DNA from: Clostridiales bacterium Firm_05
GTDB lineage: Bacteria; Bacillota; Clostridia; Oscillospirales; Ruminococcaceae
Reading direction: 5' to 3'
Assembly: GCA_001604035.1 (NCBI GenBank)
Contig: LVAK01000027.1
Coordinates: forward strand, 26 to 64,025
DNA length: 64,000 nucleotides
The position numbers were made by a program, and so were the translations under genes. Position 1 is the first letter of the stretch. Every line of letters starts with the position of its first letter. The notes below the pieces were generated by a model, which was not told the DNA's origin, made no database searches, and worked only from the letters and a program-made list of their open reading frames with translations. Shown in pieces: positions 40,061-50,268 of the stretch.

Positions 40061-40744
40061 ATGGAAATACTTAAAGTTGAAGACCTGTGCAAGGTTTATG
40101 GAAAAGATGAGAATGAGGTACACGCACTGGATCATGTATCCTTCTCAGTTGAAAAAGGCGAGTTCGTAGCGATCATTGGTCCTTCCGGTTCGGGAAAGTC
40201 AACTCTCCTCCACGCTCTCGGCGGAGTTGACAAGCCTACATCCGGAAAGGTATGGATGAATGGCAGTGATGTATACGCCCAGAACGATGAGCAGCTTGCT
40301 ATATTCCGCCGCAGACAGGTGGGACTGATATACCAGTTCTACAACCTGATACCGGTGCTGAATGTTACAGAGAATATAACACTGCCGGTACTTATGGACG
40401 GAAGAGAGGTGAACAAGCAGCGACTTGAAGAGCTCCTCAATCTTCTCAAGCTTAAGGGCAGGGAAGATCACCTTCCGAACCAGCTTTCCGGCGGACAGCA
40501 GCAGAGAGTTTCCATAGGCAGAGCGCTTATGAACGCTCCGGCAGTAATGCTGGCCGATGAGCCTACAGGAAATCTTGACAGCAAGAACAGCCAGGAGATA
40601 ATCGAGCTGCTCAAGCTCTCCAACGAGAAATACGATCAGACTCTTATCATAATAACACATGACGAGAACATCGCTCTTCAGGCAGACCGTATAATCGCTA
40701 TCGAGGACGGCCGCATTACTCGTGACGAGGTGATAAGAAAATGA
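40061..40744 (+). CDS. ABC transporter ATP-binding protein (LolD/MacB type)
   Basis: [26 protein letters not shown]. Confidence 0.95.
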   Translation: MEILKVEDLCKVYGKDENEVHALDHVSFSVEKGEFVAIIGPSGSGKSTLLHALGGVDKPTSGKVWMNGSDVYAQNDEQLAIFRRRQVGLIYQFYNLIPVLNVTENITLPVLMDGREVNKQRLEELLNLLKLKGREDHLPNQLSGGQQQRVSIGRALMNAPAVMLADEPTGNLDSKNSQEIIELLKLSNEKYDQTLIIITHDENIALQADRIIAIEDGRITRDEVIRK

Positions 40745-43500
40745 ACGTATTCCACAAAGTCACGATCGAAACAGTTAAGAAAAACAAGGTCAGGACACTT
40801 GTTACTATAATAGGTATAATGCTTTCAACAGCGCTGATCTTTTCAGTTGCCACCACCCTTTACAGCTTTATCTGCTTTGGAAAGGACATGGCTATATACA
40901 ATTCCGGAGACTGGCATGGTGTGGCCGCCCCTCTCACTCAGGACAGAGTGGATGAGCTCAGGGACGATTCCAAGATAGACGAGGTATTCTGCCTCGGCGC
41001 CGTAGGCTATGCTGATACGGGAGTAAAGCTGCATACGGAGATGAAATCATATAAATATATGGTCATAGCAGCAGATGAAAAGTGCTTTGAAAATCTTCCG
41101 TATCATCTTAAAAGCGGAAGATATCCTGAAAATGACAGTGAGATCATCATATCTGATATTTATTTTGAAAATAATATCGATGATGCCTTCAGAGCAGCAG
41201 GAAAAGGTGAGATAGGTATAGGAAGCACTATAGACATGGATATGACCATTGATATTTCCGGCGGCATCGGTGATATACTGACGGAAGAGCCTGACGAAGA
41301 GATGCTTATGGAAAAAGCCTCCGAAATAACAGGCACTCATAAGACATACACTATCGTAGGAATTTACGAACAGCCTTATATAAGTGAGATTATGGAAGGC
41401 GATTGGAATAATATAAATTGCCTTACAATTGGCGACAGCAGTTCCGGAAGCGGCATCTATACAGCTTTCTTCAAGATGAAAAAGGCTGGAAACGTCGGCG
41501 ATTATCTCAATCAGAATTTCAATTTCAATGAGGATAGAAATGCGGGCATAAGCACTGCTACAAATGATGAGCTCCTTGCGTACAGTCTCAGCGGCGGCAA
41601 AGCAGATGCTGGGTTCCTCATGTCAGTATTCCTGATAGGCTCTATTGTGTTTGGTATCATAATATTCGGTTCTGTAGCACTTATATACAATGCATTTGCG
41701 ATATCAGTCAGTGAGAGGACAAAGCAGTTCGGACTCCTTTCGTCAATAGGTGCAACGAAGAAGCAGATAAACAAGATGATAGAGTTTGAAGCGCTCCTGC
41801 TCAGTCTTATTGGAATACCTCTTGGAATATTGCTGGGTTACTGCGGTATCGGAATAACCTTCAAAGCACTCAGCACCAGATTTGATACAATTACAAAAAT
41901 GATATCCGATTCTAATCCTGTACCGTTCAAGCTTCATGTTTCATGGATAGTTATACTTATTTCCATATTGGTCGCAGAGTTTACAGTAAGACTTTCAGCA
42001 TGGATACCCTCTGTAAGAGCACAGCGTATATCAGCAGTAGAGGCTATCCGTCAGAGCGGTGATATAAAGGCAAAGAATAAAAAGATCCGCACACCTAAGA
42101 TAATATACAAGCTCTTCGGACTTCCTGGCGTTCTTGCACAGAAGTATTTCAAGCGCAGTAAGAAGCGTTACCGTGCAACGGTATGGAGCCTCTTTATGAG
42201 CATAACCCTGTTTATTTCAGCATATGCGTTTACCACTGGCCTTGTCAGATCCGTTGAGGAGGAAATGGGCACAGAGCATTATGACATACAGTATCTGACT
42301 TCATTTAATGACGATGAAAGTGCAGATAAGCTTTTTGCAAAGCTGAAAGATGCGGATGAAGTATATGAAGCCGCATGTTCCGAGTATATTGAAATGAGAG
42401 CCAACGCTGATGAAGATGTAATCAACAGTGAAGCAAATGATGTTTTTCATTATACCAGCGTTACAGAATCAACTGACAAAACCGTGGAAACAGTAGTATT
42501 CTTTGTTGATGATGATACCTATCGTGATTTCCTTAAGGAAAACGGATATGATACGGATAAATACATGGATCCGGAGCATCCGATGGCATTAACATATGAC
42601 ATCCATGAAGAATATGATATTGTAGATAGCAAAACGTTCAAATATCATATTTTCGACAGCGATGATGAAAAGAAAGTTAAGATCGAATATGATTACGATC
42701 CCAAGGGATATGTTCGTGACAGCATAGCTGATGGCAAAATAAGATTCGTTAAGGCAGCCTATAATGTCAGCGATGATCCGGATGAGATATATCTTACGAA
42801 GGAGGAGACATGGGTTGAGCATGATATAGCGGTCGGAGCAAGACTGTCTAAACGTCCATTTTTTGCAGTAGGCGATTACTATAATGAATGTACGTTCATA
42901 TTTCCTAAGAGCCTTCGTGACAGTGTCATCCCGAAGCACAGTAATTATTACTTATACTCATATACTTTCCTTTCCAACGATCATAAAGAAAGCTATAATG
43001 CTATAAAAGAAATCATTAACGCAGAAGGCGGAGACGATGAGTTTATCTATGATTATGCGGCAGAGGTCGAATATATCAGAAATATGGTAGTAATAATAAA
43101 AGTATTCGCATATGGTTTCATAGTGATAATATCCCTTATTGCGGCAGCAAATGTATTCAATACCATATCCACCAACATTGCCCTCAGAAGAAGAGAATTT
43201 GCAATGCTCCGTTCAATAGGAATGGGTACAAAGGGACTGAACAGGATGATGAACTTTGAGTGCCTGCTCTACGGCGGAAAATCACTCCTTTTTGGATTAC
43301 CGATATCATTCCTGATAGCCTACTTTATAAACAAAGGATTCAATTCTGCTAATTCTGATATAACCTTTGAGCTTCCTTGGAAGGCAGCGATAATATCTGC
43401 AACAAGCGTATTTATCGTTGTGTTCTCCACAATGATCTATTCAATGAGAAAGATCAAGAAGGATAACCCGATCGATGCTCTTAAGAATGAGAATCTGTAA
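40741..43500 (+). CDS. FtsX-like ABC transporter permease
   Basis: ERTKQFGLLSSIGATKKQI and RRREFAMLRSIGM FtsX motifs; large extracellular loops. Confidence 0.9.
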   Translation: MNVFHKVTIETVKKNKVRTLVTIIGIMLSTALIFSVATTLYSFICFGKDMAIYNSGDWHGVAAPLTQDRVDELRDDSKIDEVFCLGAVGYADTGVKLHTEMKSYKYMVIAADEKCFENLPYHLKSGRYPENDSEIIISDIYFENNIDDAFRAAGKGEIGIGSTIDMDMTIDISGGIGDILTEEPDEEMLMEKASEITGTHKTYTIVGIYEQPYISEIMEGDWNNINCLTIGDSSSGSGIYTAFFKMKKAGNVGDYLNQNFNFNEDRNAGISTATNDELLAYSLSGGKADAGFLMSVFLIGSIVFGIIIFGSVALIYNAFAISVSERTKQFGLLSSIGATKKQINKMIEFEALLLSLIGIPLGILLGYCGIGITFKALSTRFDTITKMISDSNPVPFKLHVSWIVILISILVAEFTVRLSAWIPSVRAQRISAVEAIRQSGDIKAKNKKIRTPKIIYKLFGLPGVLAQKYFKRSKKRYRATVWSLFMSITLFISAYAFTTGLVRSVEEEMGTEHYDIQYLTSFNDDESADKLFAKLKDADEVYEAACSEYIEMRANADEDVINSEANDVFHYTSVTESTDKTVETVVFFVDDDTYRDFLKENGYDTDKYMDPEHPMALTYDIHEEYDIVDSKTFKYHIFDSDDEKKVKIEYDYDPKGYVRDSIADGKIRFVKAAYNVSDDPDEIYLTKEETWVEHDIAVGARLSKRPFFAVGDYYNECTFIFPKSLRDSVIPKHSNYYLYSYTFLSNDHKESYNAIKEIINAEGGDDEFIYDYAAEVEYIRNMVVIIKVFAYGFIVIISLIAAANVFNTISTNIALRRREFAMLRSIGMGTKGLNRMMNFECLLYGGKSLLFGLPISFLIAYFINKGFNSANSDITFELPWKAAIISATSVFIVVFSTMIYSMRKIKKDNPIDALKNENL

Positions 43501-43620
43501 GAAAAGTAAACAGGAAAGTTATTAAGATAATATAATAACAGAGAGAAGCAGGAGTATGTTCATGTATTAAGCATACTCCTGTTATTTTTTGTTGTCCACC
43601 GCAATTTTGTACAAAAAGTA

Positions 43621-43649
43621 TTGACATATCGGTAAAACTATGGTAATAT
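43621..43649 (+). promoter_or_regulatory. SigA-type promoter of the accessory cassette
   Basis: TTGACA-17bp-TAATAT with extended TG. Confidence 0.6.
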
Positions 43650-43786
43650 ATGATTTAAGGTGGTGCTTAAATGGAAACGTGTTCCTATTTAAGCATCAAG
43701 GTCAGGGGTGCTGCTGGACGTGTTTCTTTTTATTAGATATAACAATGATCAATATTACACTATATAATCAAAGGAGTAATTAGTAT

Positions 43787-45418
43787 ATGTACAATTATAT
43801 TGAACAACATCCGGAAGATCGAGAGATGGGTTGGAGTAACGAAGTAAACGGCGTGTGTCACGATAAAGATAACTGGTTTTTCACACAGGATGGAAATTTG
43901 TGGAAATTCCCAGTGACACATAATATAAACTCTAAATGTGAAAAGCCTGATGCCTCAAAAGGAATATTAAAAGTTTCTGTTGGTCATCATCTTGGAGATA
44001 TAGACTACTATAAGGGATATGTTTTTGTTCCCGATTCTGATAATTTAAGTATCCGTGTATATAGCGCAAGTGATCTTACACTTGTTTCTGAACATTTCAT
44101 TAAACGCGGAGATGGTAATAATTTCGCTTCAATCGGATGGCTTGCGATCAATCCAAACAGTGGTCTGCTATATACATCTGATAAACATACAGGCAGTGAT
44201 TACTCAGAAGAAACAAGCTATATAAATATTTACAAAATAGGCGATGTTACAAAAAATAATACAATAACATTTCATTCTTCTCTTGCGTTATGTGATAGAA
44301 ATGGTAACCCGCTTCCGCGCGAACATATGCAGGGGGGCTGTTTTGATGATAATAATTATCTGCATATTGTAAATGGATTTGTAACAAAAGTTAGCGAAAG
44401 CTGGGCAAACAGCAAGGGTGGGATTTCTGTGTTTTGTGTAAATCCATATCCAATCGAACGCAGCAATGAAAAGGCGAATAGAATTGATTTTTCAAATCAG
44501 GAAAAAGGATTCCATTTTCAGTTTAATGGAAAAGGGGATGAGCCTGAGGGAATAACATATTGGGATCTTGACAGTGATAAAAGAGCACCTGGAAAGAATG
44601 GTAAACCAATGGGGGGGCAACTTCATGCAATAATGATCAATAATGTGGAACCAGGGACTATAGTCAATTGGGTTGCCGATAAAGTTGGATTAGGCTCTTA
44701 CGTGAATGCGCCTGATATTGATGATTTCTTTTTTAAGCATTATCGACGTGAATGGAAAGATCCAAATGGAAAAATAACTTTAAGTTCTGTTGCTGTTAAT
44801 GAACCGATTAAAATAAAGATTACTGGTGATCTGGCATCTATATACTATAATTTTTATTTGAAATATAACCGAAAGTTTGAAATGGCATTTCAATGGCAGA
44901 GAGGCCAGTATCAGGGAGATCCAAGCGGAGAATGGGAGAATATCTGGGGAGCAACCAGTAATACCTACACTCCAACTCCTGATGATCATGGTTATCATAT
45001 CCGGTTAAAAGTGGTTGCTGAGACGGGGTATAAACCTCTTTATTCAAGTGCGTGTTATGTTAATGCTCCGCATATAACAGGCAGTGCCGAGATACCGTCA
45101 GAGGTACGCTGCGGTCAGGAGATAACAGTAAAGCTTACGGGTGATCTTGGAAAAGTTCCTACGGACAGAATATCTTTTGTCTGGGAGCGCAAGGGAGACG
45201 ACGATGATTACTGGCACAGATATATTGCTACAGGCAATAAATATACGCCAACACAAGAGGATGTTGGCAAGAAGATACGTGTTTATGTTGATCCATATGA
45301 CTATACAACATTTCTTGATTCAAATGAAGCCAGTGTACTGCCTGCGCTTAAAAGAAGAAATCCAAGACTAGGAGGTTCTACAAGACCGGTCAGAAAAACA
45401 TCCAGATCAAAAGTATGA
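43787..45418 (+). CDS. Hypothetical protein: unknown N-terminal domain plus two Ig-like repeats
   Basis: Repeats FQWQR...GATSNTYTPTPDDHGYHIRLKV and FVWER...TGNKYTPTQEDVGKKIRVYV; AT-rich; RBS AAGGAG. Confidence 0.8.
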   Translation: MYNYIEQHPEDREMGWSNEVNGVCHDKDNWFFTQDGNLWKFPVTHNINSKCEKPDASKGILKVSVGHHLGDIDYYKGYVFVPDSDNLSIRVYSASDLTLVSEHFIKRGDGNNFASIGWLAINPNSGLLYTSDKHTGSDYSEETSYINIYKIGDVTKNNTITFHSSLALCDRNGNPLPREHMQGGCFDDNNYLHIVNGFVTKVSESWANSKGGISVFCVNPYPIERSNEKANRIDFSNQEKGFHFQFNGKGDEPEGITYWDLDSDKRAPGKNGKPMGGQLHAIMINNVEPGTIVNWVADKVGLGSYVNAPDIDDFFFKHYRREWKDPNGKITLSSVAVNEPIKIKITGDLASIYYNFYLKYNRKFEMAFQWQRGQYQGDPSGEWENIWGATSNTYTPTPDDHGYHIRLKVVAETGYKPLYSSACYVNAPHITGSAEIPSEVRCGQEITVKLTGDLGKVPTDRISFVWERKGDDDDYWHRYIATGNKYTPTQEDVGKKIRVYVDPYDYTTFLDSNEASVLPALKRRNPRLGGSTRPVRKTSRSKV

Positions 45419-45558
45419 AAGGCTTGCTCATAGCAATGGAGATAACAGAATTTGACGCAGAGGATATTATCCTTGCAAGCTGCGGAGGAATGATCGGACA
45501 TTCCGGTTCTGCTGGTTCAATTGAGAATCAGGGTGATTTTGGCGAACTATTCAGCTGA
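45415..45558 (+). CDS. Unlisted 47-aa peptide, copy 1
   Basis: MKGLLIAMEITEFDAEDIILASCGGMIGHSGSAGSIENQGDFGELFS; ATGA overlap with upstream stop; homologous to copy 2. Confidence 0.65.
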   Translation: MKGLLIAMEITEFDAEDIILASCGGMIGHSGSAGSIENQGDFGELFS

Positions 45559-45570
45559 TCGTTAAATGAG

Positions 45571-45600
45571 AACGGCAGGCAGCTAATGCTGTCTGCCGTT
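45571..45600 (+). terminator. Terminator of cassette 1
   Basis: AACGGCAGGCAGC/GCTGTCTGCCGTT plus T-tract; nearly identical to 48953-48986. Confidence 0.75.
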
Positions 45601-45656
45601 TTGCCGTTATATTATAAGAAAAATGCTCACCTTGCGTAAAGGTGAGCATTTTTGTA

Positions 45657-45938
45657 TTACTCCTGTGGAAATTTCAGTCCCCACTGCCGGCGGCATTTGT
45701 CCAGTATCCTCATTACTGCAGCAGTTCCGGAGCGGGGGACAAACGGGCTGTCGGTCAGGCCATTGTTGAGACATAGGCAGAATTCCTCGATTTCATATTC
45801 ATAACCGTTGATCTTGTCCTTGCATGAGAAGCTTTCAACGGGGCGGCGGTTTTCGTCATAGAGGGTTATATCATCTGCGTAGAAGAAGCCGTCTCCGAAG
45901 ACGATCATGCCCTTTGTGCCGGAGATGACGGCGTTGTT
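45657..45938 (-). pseudogene. 3' remnant (93 codons) of a Gfo/Idh/MocA oxidoreductase, diverged duplicate of 49004-49285
   Basis: 69/83 aa identical to the C-terminus of the 49004-49987 product; homology ends abruptly after NNAVISG. Confidence 0.85.
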
Positions 45939-45950
45939 GAGAAAAAGGAT

Positions 45951-48780
45951 TTTATCAAGCAGCCGCAGTCAGGTACGCTTTACTTCAAAGTCCTGCCGTA
46001 TACGGATCACATAGTAGATTTTACGATGTGGATTTTGAATATGATCTCGGAATAAACGACATTGTGGAAGTAAAACACAATGGCGAATTATACAAAACAC
46101 TTAATTCCGAAAGCGGAACAAAACATTCCTTTGAGGTCAACGATCCGGGAGATTACTGCATCATAATCAAAGATGCGTTTCAAGACAAGATGAGATATAT
46201 GTAGAAGTATACAGCGATCATTTCACCGTTTCAAAGAATAAAAGTATAACTGTTCAGCCGCAGAGCTGCGTAAAGTCTCCTTCAAAAAATGAGCCGGCGA
46301 CCGTGACATGGAAAAATGATTTCTTCCCCAAAAAGGTGCTTATCCAGCGTTTTGAAGGCGGAGAATTCGCAGATTTTTATACAAGTGAAGGCAGTTCGAT
46401 AATGTTTTTCACTTTTAATAGTCACACACTGAATTCTTTTTCGTATGATTTCAATGAAGAAGGCACATACCGTATCCGTGAATAGTACGGCGACGGCGAG
46501 GACGAATACGTTGACAGCGATTTTTTCCATATAGAGAAATACAAGTTCAAGCTTCAGCCTTATTTCAAGTATACTGGGAACTCAGATAAATGGTCTATCA
46601 AGTATCAGGATTTTGAGAAATTAGTATGGCGAATGAACGCAGACGAATCTGCAAAGTTTGTGCTGTTCAGACGTCCTTCCGGTTCTGACGACAGTGTGCT
46701 TTGGGATAGCTTCAATATTACCCCGGAGTGTAAAAAGTATGTTGATTCAAGCGGCGCATACGGTTCGGTCGTCAAAGACTGGTATATGCTTTACAGCACG
46801 AATAAAAACGAGGATTTTGATTACTTCATTCGTGCGTGGATGACGGACGATCCTGACAGCTACGCCGATTCCAACGTGTTCACAGTTCATATGCAGGCTC
46901 CACGTTATTATTATAGTTGGTCGGGACTGGCATTCAGCTTCGATTCCGTAACATATTCCGGTAATTTCATAGATCCCGACGAGGAGATCACCATTCCAGT
47001 TCACCTCGAAACTAATCTGGTGGACGTTAATGGCTCTTTTGATCTCAATTGGGACGCAGATAAGGTAGAGCTTTTAAGGATAGAATACAACGACGAGGTA
47101 TTCCATGTTGAAGATCCTGATCCGATAGACGGCCTCAGCGGTTCGTACCGAGTGTACTTCGGCGATGATGATGCTAATACGAATAATAAGGACAGCGGTC
47201 TTGCATTCACGCTCTATTTCAGACCGTCGTACTATTCTGAGTACGCCGATTATGCTGAAGACGAAAAGCCTTCTTATGACGAACTCATTGATGAAGAAGT
47301 TGATGCATATGTAAGTATATCAAATTTGGACGTTGTTAATGCAGACGGAGAATCTGTTGATGCTTCTTTCTGGGATACAATGATCAGTTTCTATGCCAAC
47401 GATAAGTTAACTATTTCATTTGAAAATTAATTCGCATATGCAGGTGAGGGTGAACTCAGGATAAACGTCTTAGCTCTGGCAAATCCTGGCTTCAAATATA
47501 TGGAAATGCCGATCTGGCTGCCAGAGATAGATGGCATCTACAAGTTGAAGGACATAGAAGCCAACGATGATTTTGCTCCTTTGCAGTATGAGAAGCTTGA
47601 GATTGATCCGGATGAATATTCAGAGTATAATACGATAATAAAGCTCGGCAATGAGAACGCAGATGAGAATTATACAAACCGAGGCGTGATGTTTACACTT
47701 GTATACGAGATCGCTGATTATAGTGCTGGATTTGAAGGCGACTGGTGGATGTTTGCACAGCATCTGTCTTTATGGCCGGATTCATATCCTATGGTTGTGA
47801 ACGCCGATAACGGGGATGTACCGTTTGCAATTTTTAATTACGGCGAATCACTGGTGGCTATGTATGGATTCAGCGAACAGCCGCAGCCTTATGGAGCAGA
47901 CAGCTTCGTTATCCCTTATAACGGCAAATGCGGTATAACATGGACGCTGCTGTTCACGATCGACACATACAGATGTCAAAACCCGACCGTACCCCAAAAA
48001 CAGGTGCTTTGCCGCCGTCCCGTTGGAGCCTCCGAAGATACGTCGTGGGAAACAGTGGAGATCGAAGGATATTACTGCGATTACGGTAAATACGTATTTG
48101 AAATGGACGGCACAAACGAGTGGCAGAACTATGAGTGCTTCATTCGTGTCTGGGACAATAATAAAAAATATGAAGCAGAAGCAGAATCGAATTGCGTATG
48201 CTGTACACACAATAAGGATTATATTGATTCCGATATATTCGTAGTAGAGATGCAGGGTCCCGATCCCCGCATAATGGTCGATACATACAAAGCAAACGGA
48301 ACATATCCCACACAGGAAGGCAAGGTATTTGCAGGCTGGTATGCAGCTCCCGACTTTACAATGCCGTATACTGAAAGCACAGGATATGCATTTGCAAAAT
48401 TCGTGGATGAGGATGTTAACAAGGTAATGGCACAGTTAGCTTCCGGAACAACTGCTGACAGCGAAAAGACAGATATCAGATTCGTAACAACGATCGATGA
48501 TCTCAACTATAAGAATGTAGGGTTCCTTATCACTTTAGGCGGCAAGACTGCCAACGTTAAAACAACTGATGCATATAAGGAGGTAAACGGCGGCGGAAAC
48601 GCATATGTTCCGACAGCTTTCTCCGAAGAATCAAATTGGTTTGTGACCTATCTGCTCAAAAATGTTCCTAACATTGTTTTCAATAAGGAGTTTAAGGTGC
48701 AGGCATACTGGACAACTCTGGACGGTACTGTTGTAACAGGAAAAGAAAAGGCATTTAAGGTGAACGAACACTTTAATTGA
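45951..48780 (+). pseudogene. 5'-truncated, disrupted large surface protein (Ig-like and cohesin-like modules plus C-terminal domain)
   Basis: ORFs 46303, 46633 and 47500 share one frame, split only by TAG 46483 and TAA 47428; two apparent upstream frameshifts; no start codon or signal peptide. Confidence 0.8.
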
Positions 48781-48794
48781 AAGGAAATAAAACC

Positions 48795-48944
48795 GTGAAA
48801 GATAAAATATATGTTACTCCTGAAATGGAGATCATTGAATTCGATGAAGAGGATATCATCCTCACAAGCGGCGGCGGAATGAAAGGTAATTCCGGGGCAG
48901 CCGGAGATAAAGAAAATCAGGGCTATTTCGATGATCTTTTTTAA
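48795..48944 (+). CDS. Unlisted 49-aa peptide, copy 2
   Basis: GTG start with RBS AAGGA; MKDKIYVTPEMEIIEFDEEDIILTSGGGMKGNSGAAGDKENQGYFDDLF. Confidence 0.75.
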   Translation: MKDKIYVTPEMEIIEFDEEDIILTSGGGMKGNSGAAGDKENQGYFDDLF

Positions 48945-48952
48945 CTTATAAC

Positions 48953-48986
48953 AAAACGGCAGACAGCTTAAGTTGTCTGCCGTTTT
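48953..48986. terminator. Terminator of cassette 2
   Basis: AAAACGGCAGACAGC/GTTGTCTGCCGTTTT. Confidence 0.75.
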
Positions 48987-49003
48987 ACAATTTAATATGC
49001 TTT

Positions 49004-49987
49004 TCATTCTTGCGGAAATTTCAATCCCCATTGTCTGCGGCATTCATCAAGCATCCTCATAACAGATACGGTACCGGAGCGGGGGACGAGTGTGCTGTTG
49101 GTGAGGCCATGGCTGAGACAGCGGCAGAACTCCCCGATCTCGTATTCATAGCCGTTTATCCTGTCCTTACAGGAAAAGCATTCAACAGGGCGGCGGTTTT
49201 CGTCATATAGAGTGATATCGTTGGCGTAGAAGAAGCCGTCCCCGAAAACGATCATACCCTTTGTTCCGGAGATAACAGCGTTATTTCGGAGAGTGAGCTC
49301 AAATCCGGAATCCGCAGCAGCGTAACTGCCGTCAGGATAGCGCATGATGATAGTATTGCTCAGGTCTATACCGTCTTTGATATGTGCATTGCTTATGATC
49401 TCTGACGGTTCGTTGCCGAGAAAGTCTGCGGCGAGAGTAACAGGGTACACAGCCAGATCAAGGAGGGCTCCGCCGCCGCAGTCCGGCCTGAAAAGCCTGT
49501 CATTTCTGTCGTAGGGGACGGTATTGCTGAAATCGGCTTTGATGAAGCGGATATCGCCAATGCGGCCGGACATCGCCCATTCCTTGGCTTTAAGGTATAC
49601 CGGGCGGCATTTCATCCACATAGCCTCCATGAAGAAGAGCCCGTTTTCATCCGCAGTTTTCAGCAGTATCTCAAGCTGTGCAGAGTTAAGAGTGACAGTT
49701 TTTTCGCAGAGGACGTTTTTGCCGTGTTCAAGACACAGCATAGCGTCATTGAAGTGGGACGCCATAGGAGTTGCAATGTAGACTGCTTCTGCATCTGAGT
49801 GTTCAGCAAAGTCCTCGTAGCTGCCGTAAGCTTCACGGGAGCCGGACTCTTCGGCAAAGGCATCGGCTTTTTCTTTACTTCTTGAAGCAACGGCGCATAG
49901 CTCAGCTTCTTCACAGCCGTTCAGTGCTTCTGCGAATTTGTGTGCGATACGGCCTGTACCGACAATGCCCCATTTTATTTTATCCAT
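49004..49987 (-). CDS. Gfo/Idh/MocA family oxidoreductase
   Basis: WGIVGTGRIA, AVYIATP, VLCEK, EAMW, GGGALLDLAVY. Confidence 0.93.
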   Translation of the reverse strand: MDKIKWGIVGTGRIAHKFAEALNGCEEAELCAVASRSKEKADAFAEESGSREAYGSYEDFAEHSDAEAVYIATPMASHFNDAMLCLEHGKNVLCEKTVTLNSAQLEILLKTADENGLFFMEAMWMKCRPVYLKAKEWAMSGRIGDIRFIKADFSNTVPYDRNDRLFRPDCGGGALLDLAVYPVTLAADFLGNEPSEIISNAHIKDGIDLSNTIIMRYPDGSYAAADSGFELTLRNNAVISGTKGMIVFGDGFFYANDITLYDENRRPVECFSCKDRINGYEYEIGEFCRCLSHGLTNSTLVPRSGTVSVMRMLDECRRQWGLKFPQE

Positions 49988-50268
49988 AGTATCACTCCTG
50001 TTGCTTTTTGGTAAATTATATCATATATTTCTTGAATAATCAATAAAAGATATGAAAATTCACATATAATAAATCAGAATATGGATATATAAATAAAAGA
50101 TAAAAATATATCAAAAAACAGTGGAAATTTGTATCTGAATGTGTTATAATTTATTTTGATTGGGCCGTTTTGCAATGGTGCATAGGGCCTTTAGCATTTC
50201 TGTCCCATACAGAAAGCTGATTAATAAGTTAATTCTGCTATGCAGATAATATTTGAGGAGGTTTGTAC

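Noticed and set aside
38019-43500. tRNA-anchored genomic island or prophage
   Set aside because: No integrase, no duplicated tRNA 3' end, and no phage genes visible in the window
38260-43500. Two-component system plus ABC exporter as a novel system
   Set aside because: A common Firmicutes module of the peptide-sensing and detoxification type; nothing unusual seen
46483-46485. Programmed amber readthrough (pyrrolysine or recoding)
   Set aside because: The same gene also has a TAA stop, frameshifts and a missing 5' end; ordinary decay is simpler
48795-48944. Lasso peptide precursor
   Set aside because: It has YxxP and Thr at -2 of a Gly start, but no Asp/Glu at core positions 7-9 and no B/C maturation genes in the window
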